Position numbers and translations under genes: made by a program. Shown here in pieces: positions 51,716 through 64,000 of a stretch of DNA of 64,000 bases (the first letter of the stretch is position 1; each line of letters begins with the position of its first letter). Source of the DNA: Epiperipatus broadwayi (taxonomy: Eukaryota; Animalia; Onychophora); assembly GCA_028023455.1 (NCBI GenBank), contig JAQFVV010000005.1, positions 10,106,001-10,170,000 of the forward strand, read 5' to 3'. A model generated the notes under the pieces. The model was not told the origin of the DNA, made no database searches, and saw only the letters and a program-made list of their open reading frames with translations.

Positions 51716-54700
51716 TTTTCACACTAATTCTGCAAAAGCAGAAAGTATTACAAGAATTATCAAGTAAAAAAGTAGTTGTCTTGTTTTCTGTCTATTTTTT
51801 TTTTTTTATTGTTGTTATGTAGTTCATAAGTTTTAAGACATTTTTGTATTTTTGTTTTTCTTATTAATAAAGAATCAGAAAGAATTCTCTAGCTGAAATA
51901 ATGAAAATCTTTGTATTACTAAAATTCATTCCTTCAGTACTAAAATTCATTCACTCAGTAGTGTAATTTGTATTCTTAGATCTCTCGATAAATTGTGCTC
52001 AATGTTTGCTAATTGTAGTTTACTTTTTGTCACTAATATACCTATGTGATTCAGTTCAGTTGTAAAACTAAAAATTTTAGAATTAATTCTTGCTTGAGCA
52101 GTGACTGTGCACTTTGTAAATAAACAATTGTTAAATGCTCAATTTCTCATTACAGTGATTATAAATCACATGATCATCTGAGCAATTAATTAACTGTAAG
52201 AATTATATTTTTATATATATTACTAAATTTAAAGATGGTAACCATTGTTTTATTATCTTTTGTTATAATTTTAACTATTAATACATTTAACATTTTTTAG
52301 TATTAATGAGTCTTCATATGATACATTGAATGTACAATCATTAATGTTTGTGTCTTGAATCTATTCCTATTTTCTAATCTGGTTTTATCATATGTTTATG
52401 ACATATGTTGATTATATTATTCTTCACTTGCTAAGAAACAACCAGCTATTTCTTTGTCTCTTTTGTTGTTTTATTCATTTTGTAAAGCAGTTGATATAAT
52501 AAAAGCTTGTCTGTTATCATTAACTATATATTATTTTTATCTTACATTCTTAGCTTCATCATCTACTTTGCATATACTGGTAAAAGTCTCTTGTTTTTTT
52601 TTTGATTCAAGATAATCTGTTTAGCAGCTTTATTTGCTAAACACTTTTGAAGTCTTTAAAAATAATTTAAAATATGTTAAGGCTTTTTTTTTTTGCAAAT
52701 TAGTTTATTTTTTAAGATATGTTTAAAGAAAGCACTTTTTCCATTATTTATATATAATTATTATACTTCATTTTTATAAAATTGTTAATTATGCTTGTAG
52801 TAATTTATTTATTTTTTCTTTAGGTTGGTAATTATTCATAACTGGAAATCACCAGTTCTCAATTATCTCAAGTTACATGTGATCATTGTAATTATTTCAT
52901 CCTGGATACTACAGCAATTGTCTTATTATACTGTAATTTATTGTGAGAATTTTAAGTTGTCCCTGAATAATATTTATAAATGTTACCTATATTTTCAACC
53001 ACTTTAAGTATTGATATATTATGGAATTCTTTTTGTGTGAAAACTTATTCAAAAAATTCATGAAATTAATACTATTAGCATAGTAAATATGATTTATTAT
53101 CAGTGATTATTATTTATTTTTAGAGAGAATATTCTGAATCAGAGAATTGTGATCTAACTCTTTTCAAGAAATATAAATAATTGATAATTATATTACTTTA
53201 TTTCAAAAAGAATTATATAAACTTGGAATTTTTATAATAATTAATATGAAAAATAAAATATAAATTGGAACAAGTGGCTAAATTTTATATATGAAATAAT
53301 TTTACAAAAATTGTCTGCAGCTGACCATATTAATTACCTGATAACACTCTGAACAGAATTATCATTAAATATATAAGGTCTTGAAATGAGATTCAATTTG
53401 AAATTCATTACTAATAAATTTGACAATAAAAGATATTGAATAGATATCCAATAAATAGAATTGATATCAATTCATAATTTTCAGAATTATATCCAGATTA
53501 ATTGCCATTATAATGACAATTTAAAACTATGATGAAGCATTGAATACTATGTAAGACTTCATGTTGTGAAATGGACACTGCTAATACTATTGAAAATTTC
53601 ATTGTTCACTAAACAAGCTTAGTTTTACAACTGTGAGAATTTATAGTTTAATATATACAACTATGCATATAGTGAAAGTGTTTTCATAAAATAATTTTTA
53701 ACCATGGACATAGTACTTGCAGTGCATTGTGGGTATTTTAATTCAAAATCTCTCATAGCAGGTGTTTCTAACACTCTTTTGTCATTAATTTCTATTTAGT
53801 CCTGTCTATTTTTCAAGAATTTTTCCATTTTTACATAACTGTATTTTAATTTTTCAGTTTTTTCACTTATTCTAAAAAAAGCCTGACAGGATTTTGCCAT
53901 CATCTTTCTCTTCGTTATTTATATCTCACCATTTTATTATCTTCCCTAAAGCTGCTGCTATTCTAATATTAAATGTTATTATACCACAATCTGCACAATT
54001 TATATGCCACAATTGAAATTTCTTTCCATTTCATTATTTCAATTTTTTCCTCTAATTTTAAATAATAAATCACTTCTGCTTTTTATCATAAATATCTATA
54101 TCTTTTTAAAATTCTATATTAGTTTATAATTTCCATAATATTTTTCTCTTTTTATTTAATAAATTTTCTATTCTAATACACTGTATTTTTAATATTCCTA
54201 TTTTTATAGATCGAAATATGTTTCTTATTTATATTTTTTATTTTTATATTTTAATGTGGCCATAATTAATTGAAATGATTTTTTTTTAAATATTTAATCA
54301 AATTAAAAATTATTGTAGCAACTTGCCTATAAATTGTAATTTTGGAAATATTTTAAAATTACTTTTGGCTTTTTTCCTATAAAGTAATGGCTATCCTATT
54401 TTCTATGTGTTTTCCCCTTTTGCATTCTGTTCCTCTTTTTCCCACAATCTTATCTCTATGAACTTTTTCGAAAAAGCTCCATAAATAAATAATTAACACT
54501 TTTGAACACTTCATGGAATTTTACTTGCAGCCATTGTTTTAAAAAATAGAGAAATTCTTTGTTGAATGTAATATTTGTGAATAATAAAAAAATATTGCTT
54601 AACAATCTAGAGTAAATAGAATTTAAAATGATAGCTATTTTTTTCGTTCAGAAATCAAGATAAAAATAAACATTCAGCTATACTGTTCTATTACTAATCT

Positions 54701-55029
54701 TCTGAAGACTTCACTAAGTTAGACTTTATATAAGCTTTCTTCATTTTCTTTGCTACACTCTTTATGGAGTCATTAAAAAATTTTTCTAAAACTTTGTGAA
54801 ATCATTGTACATATTCTAAATGCAAATTATTTTTATTTTATAATTTCTTACAAGTATTTTTTTTTCAAGTTAATTAAATTCTTCTACATTGCTAATCTTA
54901 ACATTATTACTTTTTTTTAATCTCATAAATGTTTTGAGAATTTCATTTGATATAGTTCAATTCATTTGCACATATAATAACATTTTATTAACATCATGCT
55001 TCTTTAAATATTGAATTAAAAATTAGTAA

Positions 55030-55315
55030 GTGTTTCATTTTTATGAAGAAACATTGGTTACAAAATGTTTTATCATTTCATAAACAATCCATATAGAAAT
55101 TAAAAAAAATTCCTACTATATTGCAATTTCTTTAAAGTGTCTACAAATGGACAAAGTGTTTATAAAGAAGAAAAATATTTGTTTGAGAGTCAATTATGTA
55201 ATTTTAAAGTGGCACAAATAAATGAATTAAAATTATGTAAACTAATTGTAACAGAAAAAAATTATTTCAATGCAACTTTTGTGACTACAAAACTGAATGG
55301 CATAATGATTTTAAA
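55030..55315 (+). pseudogene. Frameshifted/degenerate zinc fingers upstream of the main ORF
   Basis: FESQLCNFKVAQINELKLCKLIVTEK in the frame of ORF 55137, and FQCNFCDYKTEWHNDFKMH in the main frame (open from 55241). The frames are joined if one A is added to the A7 run at 55255-55261. Confidence 0.55.
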
Positions 55316-56860
55316 ATGCATGAAAATTACATACAAGTGGAAAATATTTTCATTGTATCATGTGATTACAAGACTGCTATAAAAGTTAGTTTAAATATGC
55401 ATGGAAAAATGCATACAAAAGAAAAATCTTTCCAATGCAGCTTGTGTGATTACAAGACCGCTTGCAAAAAAAGTTTAAATTTATATGAAAAAAATCATAC
55501 AGGAGAAAAGTTTTTCTACTGTAAGTCATGTGAGTACAATGCTGTTGGGAAAAATGATTTAAAGGCACAAGAAAGAGTACATACAGAAAAAAAATCATTT
55601 CATTGCACTTTATGTGAATACAAGTCTGTTGTTAAAAGGGATTTGACAAGACATGAAATAATACATACCGGAGAAAAGCCTTTTCATTGTATCTGGTGCA
55701 ATTATAAGACTGCTTTCAAAAAAAGTTTAAAACTACACTTAAGAATACATACCGGGGAAAAACCTTTTAAGTGCAACTCATGTGATTATAAATCTGCTGG
55801 CAAGAAAAGTTTAAAATTACATGAGAAAAAACATACAGGAGAAAAGCCTTTCCAGTGCAGCCTATGTGATTATGCCACTGCAGCTAAAAATAGTTTAAAA
55901 GTACATGAAAAAATACACAGTGGAGTTAAACCATTCCAATGCAGCTTATGTAATTATAAGTCATCTGCTAAAACAAATTTTAAAATACATGAGCGAACCC
56001 ATACTGGAGAAAAACCTTTTGAATGTCATTTGTGTGATTTCAAGACTGCTAACAAAAATAATTTAAAAATGCATCAAAGAGTCCATAGTGGAGAAAAACC
56101 TTTTCAGTGTACTTTATGTGATTACATGGCTGTCTCAAAAAGCAGATTAAAAGTACATGAAGAAACGCATACAGGACTAAAACCATTCCACTGTAAATTA
56201 TGTGATTACAGGACTGGTGTAAAAAGTAGTTTGAAAATACATGGAAGAAAACATATGCAAGACAAACCTTTCCACTGTTCTCTATGCGATTTTAAGACTG
56301 CTGCCAAAACAAGCTTAAAATTACATGAAAGAACTCATACGGGAGAAAAACCTTTTGGCTGCCATCTATGTGATCTTAAAACTGCCTTTAAATATAGTTT
56401 AAAAATACATGAACGAACTCATACTGGAGAAAACCTTCTAGTTTGCAGATTTTGTGATTACATGGCTGCTGCAAAAAATCGAATTACTGTTCATGAAAGA
56501 ACTCATACTGGAGAAAAGCCTTTTCATTGCCCCTTCTGTGATTACAAAACAGCTTTTCAAAAGAGCTTACAAATTCATGAAAGAACTCATAAAAAAAAAT
56601 ATTATGAGAATTTACTTGATTGCAAAATGGTTTCTCAAAATTCTTTAATGAACTATCAAAAATGTATTGATGTTAAACATTCTCTGAATGTTTGTCAGAG
56701 TAAATACAAAGAAAAATACACACAAGATTTTGATAGTATTCAAGTGTTCCAGTGTCATTTGTGTGATTATAAAGACAATAAGAAATCTACCATTGAAAAT
56801 CACGAATCTAATCATTTCATTGATTATGACACTATTGAGATTCTAGTACAGTTTATCTGA
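55316..56860 (+). CDS. C2H2 zinc-finger protein, tandem array (probably the last coding exon; true start uncertain)
   Basis: 514-aa open frame containing 12 contiguous canonical C-x2-C-x12-H-x3-H fingers with TGEKP-type linkers, two preceding fingers lacking the first His (Y, Q), and one isolated C-terminal finger (FQCHLCDYK...HESNH). Confidence 0.92.
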   Translation: MHENYIQVENIFIVSCDYKTAIKVSLNMHGKMHTKEKSFQCSLCDYKTACKKSLNLYEKNHTGEKFFYCKSCEYNAVGKNDLKAQERVHTEKKSFHCTLCEYKSVVKRDLTRHEIIHTGEKPFHCIWCNYKTAFKKSLKLHLRIHTGEKPFKCNSCDYKSAGKKSLKLHEKKHTGEKPFQCSLCDYATAAKNSLKVHEKIHSGVKPFQCSLCNYKSSAKTNFKIHERTHTGEKPFECHLCDFKTANKNNLKMHQRVHSGEKPFQCTLCDYMAVSKSRLKVHEETHTGLKPFHCKLCDYRTGVKSSLKIHGRKHMQDKPFHCSLCDFKTAAKTSLKLHERTHTGEKPFGCHLCDLKTAFKYSLKIHERTHTGENLLVCRFCDYMAAAKNRITVHERTHTGEKPFHCPFCDYKTAFQKSLQIHERTHKKKYYENLLDCKMVSQNSLMNYQKCIDVKHSLNVCQSKYKEKYTQDFDSIQVFQCHLCDYKDNKKSTIENHESNHFIDYDTIEILVQFI

Positions 56861-59800
56861 GAAGCAAAGTTGATACAACTTAAACAATACTTAGCTAAAT
56901 ATTTAATGTTCATTTTTCTTTTGGTAATAGAACATTTATAATTCAGATGGAGAAATGAGAAAATAAATGATAAAGAATTTCAGTTTTAAATCAGAAAAGA
57001 TCACCTTTGTGTTAAGATGATAAAAGTAGATTAGGCTTAATTGTAGCAATACTAGGGTCTCCATAATGGATTAGTTTTTAGGATATACATGATTAGTACA
57101 TTTTAGGATTTACAACCATTTTATTTCAATTGATAAAGAATGAAGCAATTTCTGATAGGTTGTGCTTATTAATTTAAGATTTTACCTTTTTTTTAATTCA
57201 AAACTCAATTTATAGCATATTGTGATCATTATGAACAGAATCATTGAATGTTATTTAATAGAAAAACAGTTTAATGGTAATTATTGGGAGATCTTGTGAT
57301 GTTTTAGCATTAGAAGTGCTAAACTGAGCTGCAATTCAGAAATCTTCAGTTTTATTTGTCCATTAATTTATTGCTACACTAAATTATTCTTGGCTAATGT
57401 TAATAGGTGAACTATGTTTTCAATATTACCAGAAATAACTGAGCATACATAACAAAATAAGCATCTGTCATCTAAGACTAAATAGTTTTTGAGCTAAAAT
57501 ATTTGATTAATTTTTCTCTGTACATGATAAATATGCTAGACTTCATTAGAAAAACGCATGAAAAAATTTAATCCAGTAATATCAGGAATAATTATTTATA
57601 AACTAATAAAATTTAATTCCAAGTTCTCTGAACAGGTTCTGTCAGATATTGGCAGTATCCTGGAATTGATGTCTCTTCAATTTAAGTTTAGAATAAATTT
57701 AATTGATGCTCATATATTCTAACCATGGGAAAAACTGTAGATATATAATGGATATCAGCATACTATTTTTTTTTATCCTGAACATCTGTCAAATGCTTCA
57801 CAATGGTGTTTTTGTAAAAATGAAATTTAGAAATTTCTATGCATAGACTGTTTAAGCAGAAAATATGTTGGCTAAATTATACATTCTTTCCCTCTGAAAC
57901 ATTTATATATTATAATGAACTCATCTACTTCTTAATCCTTATTACTAATCATTTTTCCAGCACTGGTCCTTTTTTTTTCATATTTTAATAAAATCGGTTT
58001 TGTTAATTAAATTATCATATTACCATTAAGCATCACATGATCACTATACTGTATGGAGAGTTTTGCTTTGTTTATAAATTATCATATTCCTAATTTTTGG
58101 TATAATTTCTCCTATTCTTTTTTTATATCATAAATTCCACAAGTAAATATTTAATATTTTATTTTCCATAAAACTCCATGTATAGTCTAAAATTTTGTTT
58201 CATTTTGCCTTCTTTTTTTGTATCTAAACTTTCTGTCCCTCCACTAAATAACAAAACATATGTTTACATTTTTATATTTGTACAACTACAATCTATTTTT
58301 ATTTATTTTCAACAACTCTATTTATTTTATCTATCTAACCTATCATTTTGTTTCATAATTATGTATCTGTGATATATTATTTATATATTTATTCTATTTC
58401 TTATATAAATATACTGTAACAATGTGCTCATATACATGGTATGTGTGTATGCATACGAGTTACATGATTTTATAAATAAAATAATTATATTTCAGTATTT
58501 AATTGTTTGAAAAAATAAGTTTAATTAAAAGAAAAAGTAAAGAATCTTTGAGATTAAGTTAGACTAATTATAACTTAGCTTTCTTTTATTTTGTTTATTA
58601 AAAGTTTATACTTAATTGAAAACAAATTTTGTATAGTACTATTCCAGACTGATTAAATAAACAATAGTCACTAAATTTTATATTTAATTGAAAAATAAGG
58701 TAATGAAAAATATAACTAATTAAAAATAAAATAAAGATCAAATGGGTAACAAATCAAGCAGAGGATGGAGTCAAGTGTATATATATTGCAATAGCCTATT
58801 GTTCAAGGACCGATAGAAACATATAGAAAAACATGCAGAAAAGAGAAAAGGAAGAAAAAAAAGAAAAGGAGAAGAGAAATCATAGTTTTAAAAGGATAGT
58901 TGACCAAGGCCAGTTAGCAGTCCACTGAAGAGTAAAAACAGTTAAAACAACTGAATCCATCAAGGTGAAACAATCTTTATATGGTCATATTGATAGAAAA
59001 ATGCATTGCTAGACCAAAAGCTGAGTGTTTATTCTTTTTCATGCTTGCCTCCTGAATACCATTACCAGATGCAGTAATATTATCTTTGATTTGCCTTTGC
59101 CAATGTTTGTACCTGCCATCTCAAATCTACAAAATCAGTCCTTGCAGTAGTAAGCTGAGCTAGAAAGAAGTGACCAGCTATTATAAAATAGAAGCCATCT
59201 ATAAATCTGACAGGATCAGAAGACAGGAGTGATTACCCAAATACGAATTAAAAGCTAGGTAAATATGTTTAGACATCATTGACTTTTAAAATTTATTTCT
59301 AGCTAGAACTGTTTAAATATCATTTCTAACTTTTAAATATATGTAAATAAGCACGTGATTGTTTTAGAATATTGTATTTTGAATAAGTATTCAGCTTTTA
59401 TTTAAATGTTTTAAATATTCCTTATGTTATTTTTTTTAATAAAAGAAAATATGTTGTAAATTATTAATGTTATTTGTGTTTCTCTCTCTCTCATTTTACC
59501 TATGAGTAAATAAATAGTCTTATCTAGATAATCTGTGATGGTCATGGGTCAAGCACTTGAAGCTTGTTAATGTAGTCTCCTGGGGTCCAATCAAATGACT
59601 GGATGGTGCCTGTAGGGTTTAAACCCATTATAAATTCATGAGATGTGTCATGCTTCTTGCAATCATGGAGAGTTATCTCTGTCTGGAAAAATGACCATTG
59701 TTTTAATATTTTTACTAAATCTCGGTCTGACCAGAGGTATGGTTAATATGTAAGTATTGATCATATTTATTCCTTTGTTTGAATAACAGGGTCTTAAAGT

Positions 59801-62423
59801 CAAATAATTAAAGTCAAATATGAGCTAATTACTCAAAATATAATTATATATATAAAAAATAGAAAATAATAAACAGGTAAAGCCAGTCACAAACTTTACT
59901 TCAAATTCTACAAACTCTATAAATTGGAAAATCCCGTTGCAATACAAAAATAAATTATCTATCTATTAACTTTCCTTTTTTGCCACCCAAAAATTTGTGC
60001 AGATGGTTTTAACACAGGTAAATGCTCTACATATGGGCTGAAATAATAAAATAGGTTAAACATATTTCTTTTTTAAATGTAAAGTATGATTTTAGTTTGG
60101 CCAGTCATACAATTAAGTACAGGGAGTAATTTTTTATCTAGAGATTGTCATAAAATGGAAAAATCATAATTTTGATAAATGACAATTTGATGATGACCAG
60201 TTAAACTGATGATGTGCTGGAAAGATCTTTCAATGATTTACTTCATGATAAATAAAACCACAGATTTATAATAAGTTAAATTTTTATGAATCCATAGAGA
60301 TTTATTATGTTACTAAATAGTTATCTAGTGAAATGTGCAACAAAATCAACAATAATAAGTAAGAAATCCCTGATGAAAATGAGGTAGAGGGTAATAATTA
60401 AGAATTTATCAAGAATTTATAAAAGGTAAATAATTAATGATGGATTATTGATTTTATATATTTGAAGATAACAATAATCAATGTATAAGTTGTAAACGAT
60501 TAAACAAATCTAAAAGAAATCATGCCTTGGTGAAAAAATATATTTGGACTGATCTGATTACTAAAACTAAATATCTACATTATCTGGCTAGTAGCTGCAT
60601 TGGTGCAATCTTGAGAAAAACTGTTTTTTTTTTAATTCAATAAATATTAAGCCAGTGATAGGAATGAAGATTTTAATTACATTATTAGTGATTAATAGAT
60701 AGAATAAGATTTTTATCTTATATCCTCATGAATTGATGTTTGGTTCAGTTCTTGTAAGATTATATACATTATAATTGACCAATGTTTTATTTTATATCTT
60801 AGATAATCATAGCTTAAAGATGATTCTGTATTTACATTCTTTTTCTGTGTCTAATAATTTATTTACAACTCTAATTAATCATACAGTTATATCAATCCTA
60901 TGTTTGAATTAAAGATTTCTCAAATGACAAAATGCTCATAGAATCACATTTAAAAAATACATATTTTTTTTATGATATCAAAATTCTATTAGTTAACAAT
61001 AATGTTAATTATTTAACAAGATTAAGCTGGCAATGAATATTGCCATTTAATAATTTGTTTACACAATAAAGAGAATTTATTAAAAAGATAGAAATAAAAT
61101 GGACATAAGTAGATTTTATCTTTTAAATGCACAAGTTGCTGGATATATTTGCTCACTTTTAATAAAAATGTGACATTGTAAACCATATTATGGGCAAATT
61201 ATTGATTTTTTAAAAAAATATATTATACTGAGATTTTCAGTGATATGAATTTAATAATTATTCACAAGTTTATTAATACAGCAATTTACTCCATTTCTCA
61301 TCACTTATTAATCTTAAACTGTGTTTTCAAGCAATTATATAAAGAATATAATATTATGATGGTGTATTTTAGAAATATAAAATAATCCTTCAATAATAAT
61401 GATAAAATTATGAAATGAACACTAGAGTAGAAAAATTTTACTGGTATCCATTTTTTATATTTGCAAATATATAGTCATGTTAAGAAGTAAATATTCACAT
61501 GTATTAATTTTTTGACATTCTCCAGTGACAAGATCTGTTATATTTTATGGTTACAAAAAAGATAGAATCATATGTTTTAAATAGATGGATACTTTTAAAA
61601 AGCATTACTTTTAAAATAAGGCAATTTGTGCAAAATTTATACTTAAAGATTGAAAATGTCCACAGGAAACTTTAATATGTATATTATTTCTACAACATTA
61701 ATTGATTTAACTTTCATATTTTAGGTATATTAGATTTATATGAATTTAACTTATTTTATATATACATAACAGTAATAATAGAAATTAGTTTTAATATAGT
61801 TATTTGACTATCTATTAAATCATACTTATAATCAATTAGTATAAAATGAAGTCACATGATCATCAACTCAAAGAATTAGATCATTGATTTTTAAGAATAT
61901 ATAAATTTATTCATTTTATGAAAGTTAGAGAATTAAGTTGTCATTTTGATTTTTTTTTTTTTTATCAGAAATGGTTATATTAAAAAATGTAAAACAAAGA
62001 AATAAGATATGAACCTGTGAAAAAAATCATTTATTGGCTTAATCTTCAATGATGCTTATATACTTATTCTATCACTAACACTTTTTTAAAAACAGCAGCC
62101 AAGAAATGTTTTGGTTATTGAAAATCACTTGTACTACTTTTTATTTTTATGATATCACATTTTTATCAACATGACACATTTGTGTCTATTTATAAATCCT
62201 TTAATAAACAAGCAATATACAATGATATGATGCCCTTCAGTATTTAGTCTACTAAATTTAGTTTTTACTTTGCTGGTATTGTTATTATGTTGGATGTTAG
62301 CACCATTCTTCTCTGCATAAGAAATTGTTAATTCTTTTGGTTCTATTTTCATTTGTAATCTATATACTGACAAATTCTTCTAAAAATAAAATACTCTTTT
62401 ATTTTCATAATTATCTCCTTATA

Positions 62424-62874
62424 TAAACTCAACAACAATACCTGCACAAACTATTAAAACTTAATATATGGACATGATTTCATTTATAACACAAGTCTTC
62501 TTTTCTAATGTAAATAGGAAACATGCACTATCTTAAATACATTTACAAAAATACCCATAATCCAACCCATTATGCAAAGACAACACACTAACTAAAACAT
62601 ATTTCAAAACTACCCATAATCACAATTCTCCATCTATCTTTTATGATAACTTGAGTTTCATATGATTAACATAAAAGATAGATTTTGAGTTTTATAAATA
62701 TATTTAGATGATTGTATGTGATTTGTATAATAGGTTAATTTGGATTTTGGGTATTTTTGTAAGAGTTAAATAGTGTGTGTGTGTGTGTTTTTTTTTTTTT
62801 GAAAAGCCTAGTTTGTAGATGAAATCATGCTCATACATGAAGTTTTTAATAGTTTGTGCTAACATTGAGTTTTA
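62424..62874. mobile_element. Fold-back/MITE-like element (~450 bp)
   Basis: Nested inverted blocks: gcacaaactattaaaactt / aagtttttaatagtttgtgc; catgatttcat / atgaaatcatg; acaaaaataccca / tgggtatttttgt; tctatcttttatg / cataaaagataga. Confidence 0.7.
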
Positions 62875-63678
62875 TTTAATTTAATTATAAGTGTTAGATA
62901 GTACTGAATTATATATAAATGTGTGTATAGAAATGTTTACAATTTTAATTTTCTTATGAAATGATTGTTTTAACTGATGTTTATTCAAGTACATATGTAG
63001 AATGAAATGATTTTGGGATAGTTAGATTTGTATAGTTTGATAATTTAATATTTTCCTTTTCTTAAATATCATATCTATATATAACTATGTATATGAGTTT
63101 GTACATGTATACATATAAACAATTATATATAAAAAAACAGGTTTACATTTAAAATTCGGATATTGATTTCATATTTGTGTCTAAGTAATAATTAAATTTA
63201 ACATTTTTAATGGGTTGTAAAAATAACAACTAGATCATTCTTAAAACTCGTAGAATTAAACACAGGTTTTTACAGAATTTAGTCAGTGATTATTAAAAAT
63301 TGTAACAGTTTATATTGTTGTCTATATAAATATATGATACCATTAATAGAGGTGGTATTGCTAAAAGGAGGTTGCTTTGAAAACAGTTTGAAATTCTTGA
63401 TTGTTATATATATATTGGCATTGTCTAAGTGTTGACTGGTTTCTAATGGTTACTTATAAACCCATTTGCCTTGAGCATCATTACACTTATTATTTAAGTA
63501 ATACTGTGGATGCAATTTAAAAATTATAATTGCAATTTGTAATGTTATAATTAATTATTTATTAATCTGCATTCAGAACAGGTTATATTGGCTTGTTTAA
63601 GGAGGTTTATTTAACTTCTTTCTATCAATAATTTCAATCTTTATGGTCAAGTTGCAATCTTTAGTGTATATATATATA

Positions 63679-63908
63679 TATTATAACGATCTGGGTGATA
63701 GTGGAGGTCTTACTGTATCTGCCGTACAGGGCGCCACCAGGCTACTGGAACCTGGAAAATTTATATAGTAGGCAGATACGTAAGTTAAGATCTGATTTTT
63801 ACATATATGTTTTATTTCGACCGTCAGCCCCAGTCACTAGTTCACAGAGCAGCAGAGATAATGTTTAATATATATAAAAAAATAAAGAAGCCACTGCCAG
63901 ATATAACA
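63679..63908 (+). repeat. Putative short solo LTR (~230 bp)
   Basis: GC-richer island with ends TATTATAAC...ATATAACA, a TATA-like tttatatag (~63760) and AATAAA (63881) near the right end. No TSD seen. Confidence 0.35.
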
Positions 63909-64000
63909 CACAAACATTTATTTAATATATATAAAATTTAACATTATTATTTTAGTATGTTTACTTTCATTTTTTTTTTTTTATAAAACATTATAACCTT

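Noticed and set aside
59530-59740. SINE-like GC-richer patch
   Set aside because: A- and B-boxes are not convincingly present and there is no second copy in the window.
60185-60215. C/D-box snoRNA (ATGATGA...CTGA) or piggyBac N-terminus
   Set aside because: Boxes are under 20 nt apart with no terminal stem; no TTAA/TIR or transposase motif was found.
1-64000. CRISPR array, rRNA or prokaryotic operon structure
   Set aside because: The short repeat arrays have irregular spacing and no unique spacers, no rRNA-like sequence was seen, and the content is eukaryotic.

Overview
Very AT-rich eukaryotic genomic DNA, probably an invertebrate. A TATA box plus TCATTC initiator in the young LTR and the TE families present are arthropod-like, but the species cannot be fixed from sequence alone. 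The window is mostly transposon debris of different ages. It includes: (i) a very young 8,025-bp non-autonomous Gypsy-type LTR element (3290-11314, minus strand) with 2,106-bp near-identical LTRs, an ATAT TSD and one 281-aa ORF ending in an integrase C-terminal tail; (ii) an old Mag-like Gypsy element whose 3' LTR that element has split; (iii) a further decayed Gypsy pol region with a possible env, and a second Mag-like gag-protease fragment; (iv) several RTE LINE copies, one with a twin-priming-type inversion; (v) Penelope-like ends carrying hammerhead-like motifs, one arranged as a ~1-kb inverted pair that also contains a tRNA-like segment. The only convincing host coding sequence is a C2H2 zinc-finger array (55316-56860, +), intact over 13 fingers but decaying by frameshifts at its 5' end. 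A 260-bp spacer-less palindrome (27923-28182) mirrors a candidate small exon and its splice acceptor. No rRNA, intact tRNA or CRISPR features were found. All motif translations, alignments and mismatch counts were done by eye, so boundaries of old elements are approximate.
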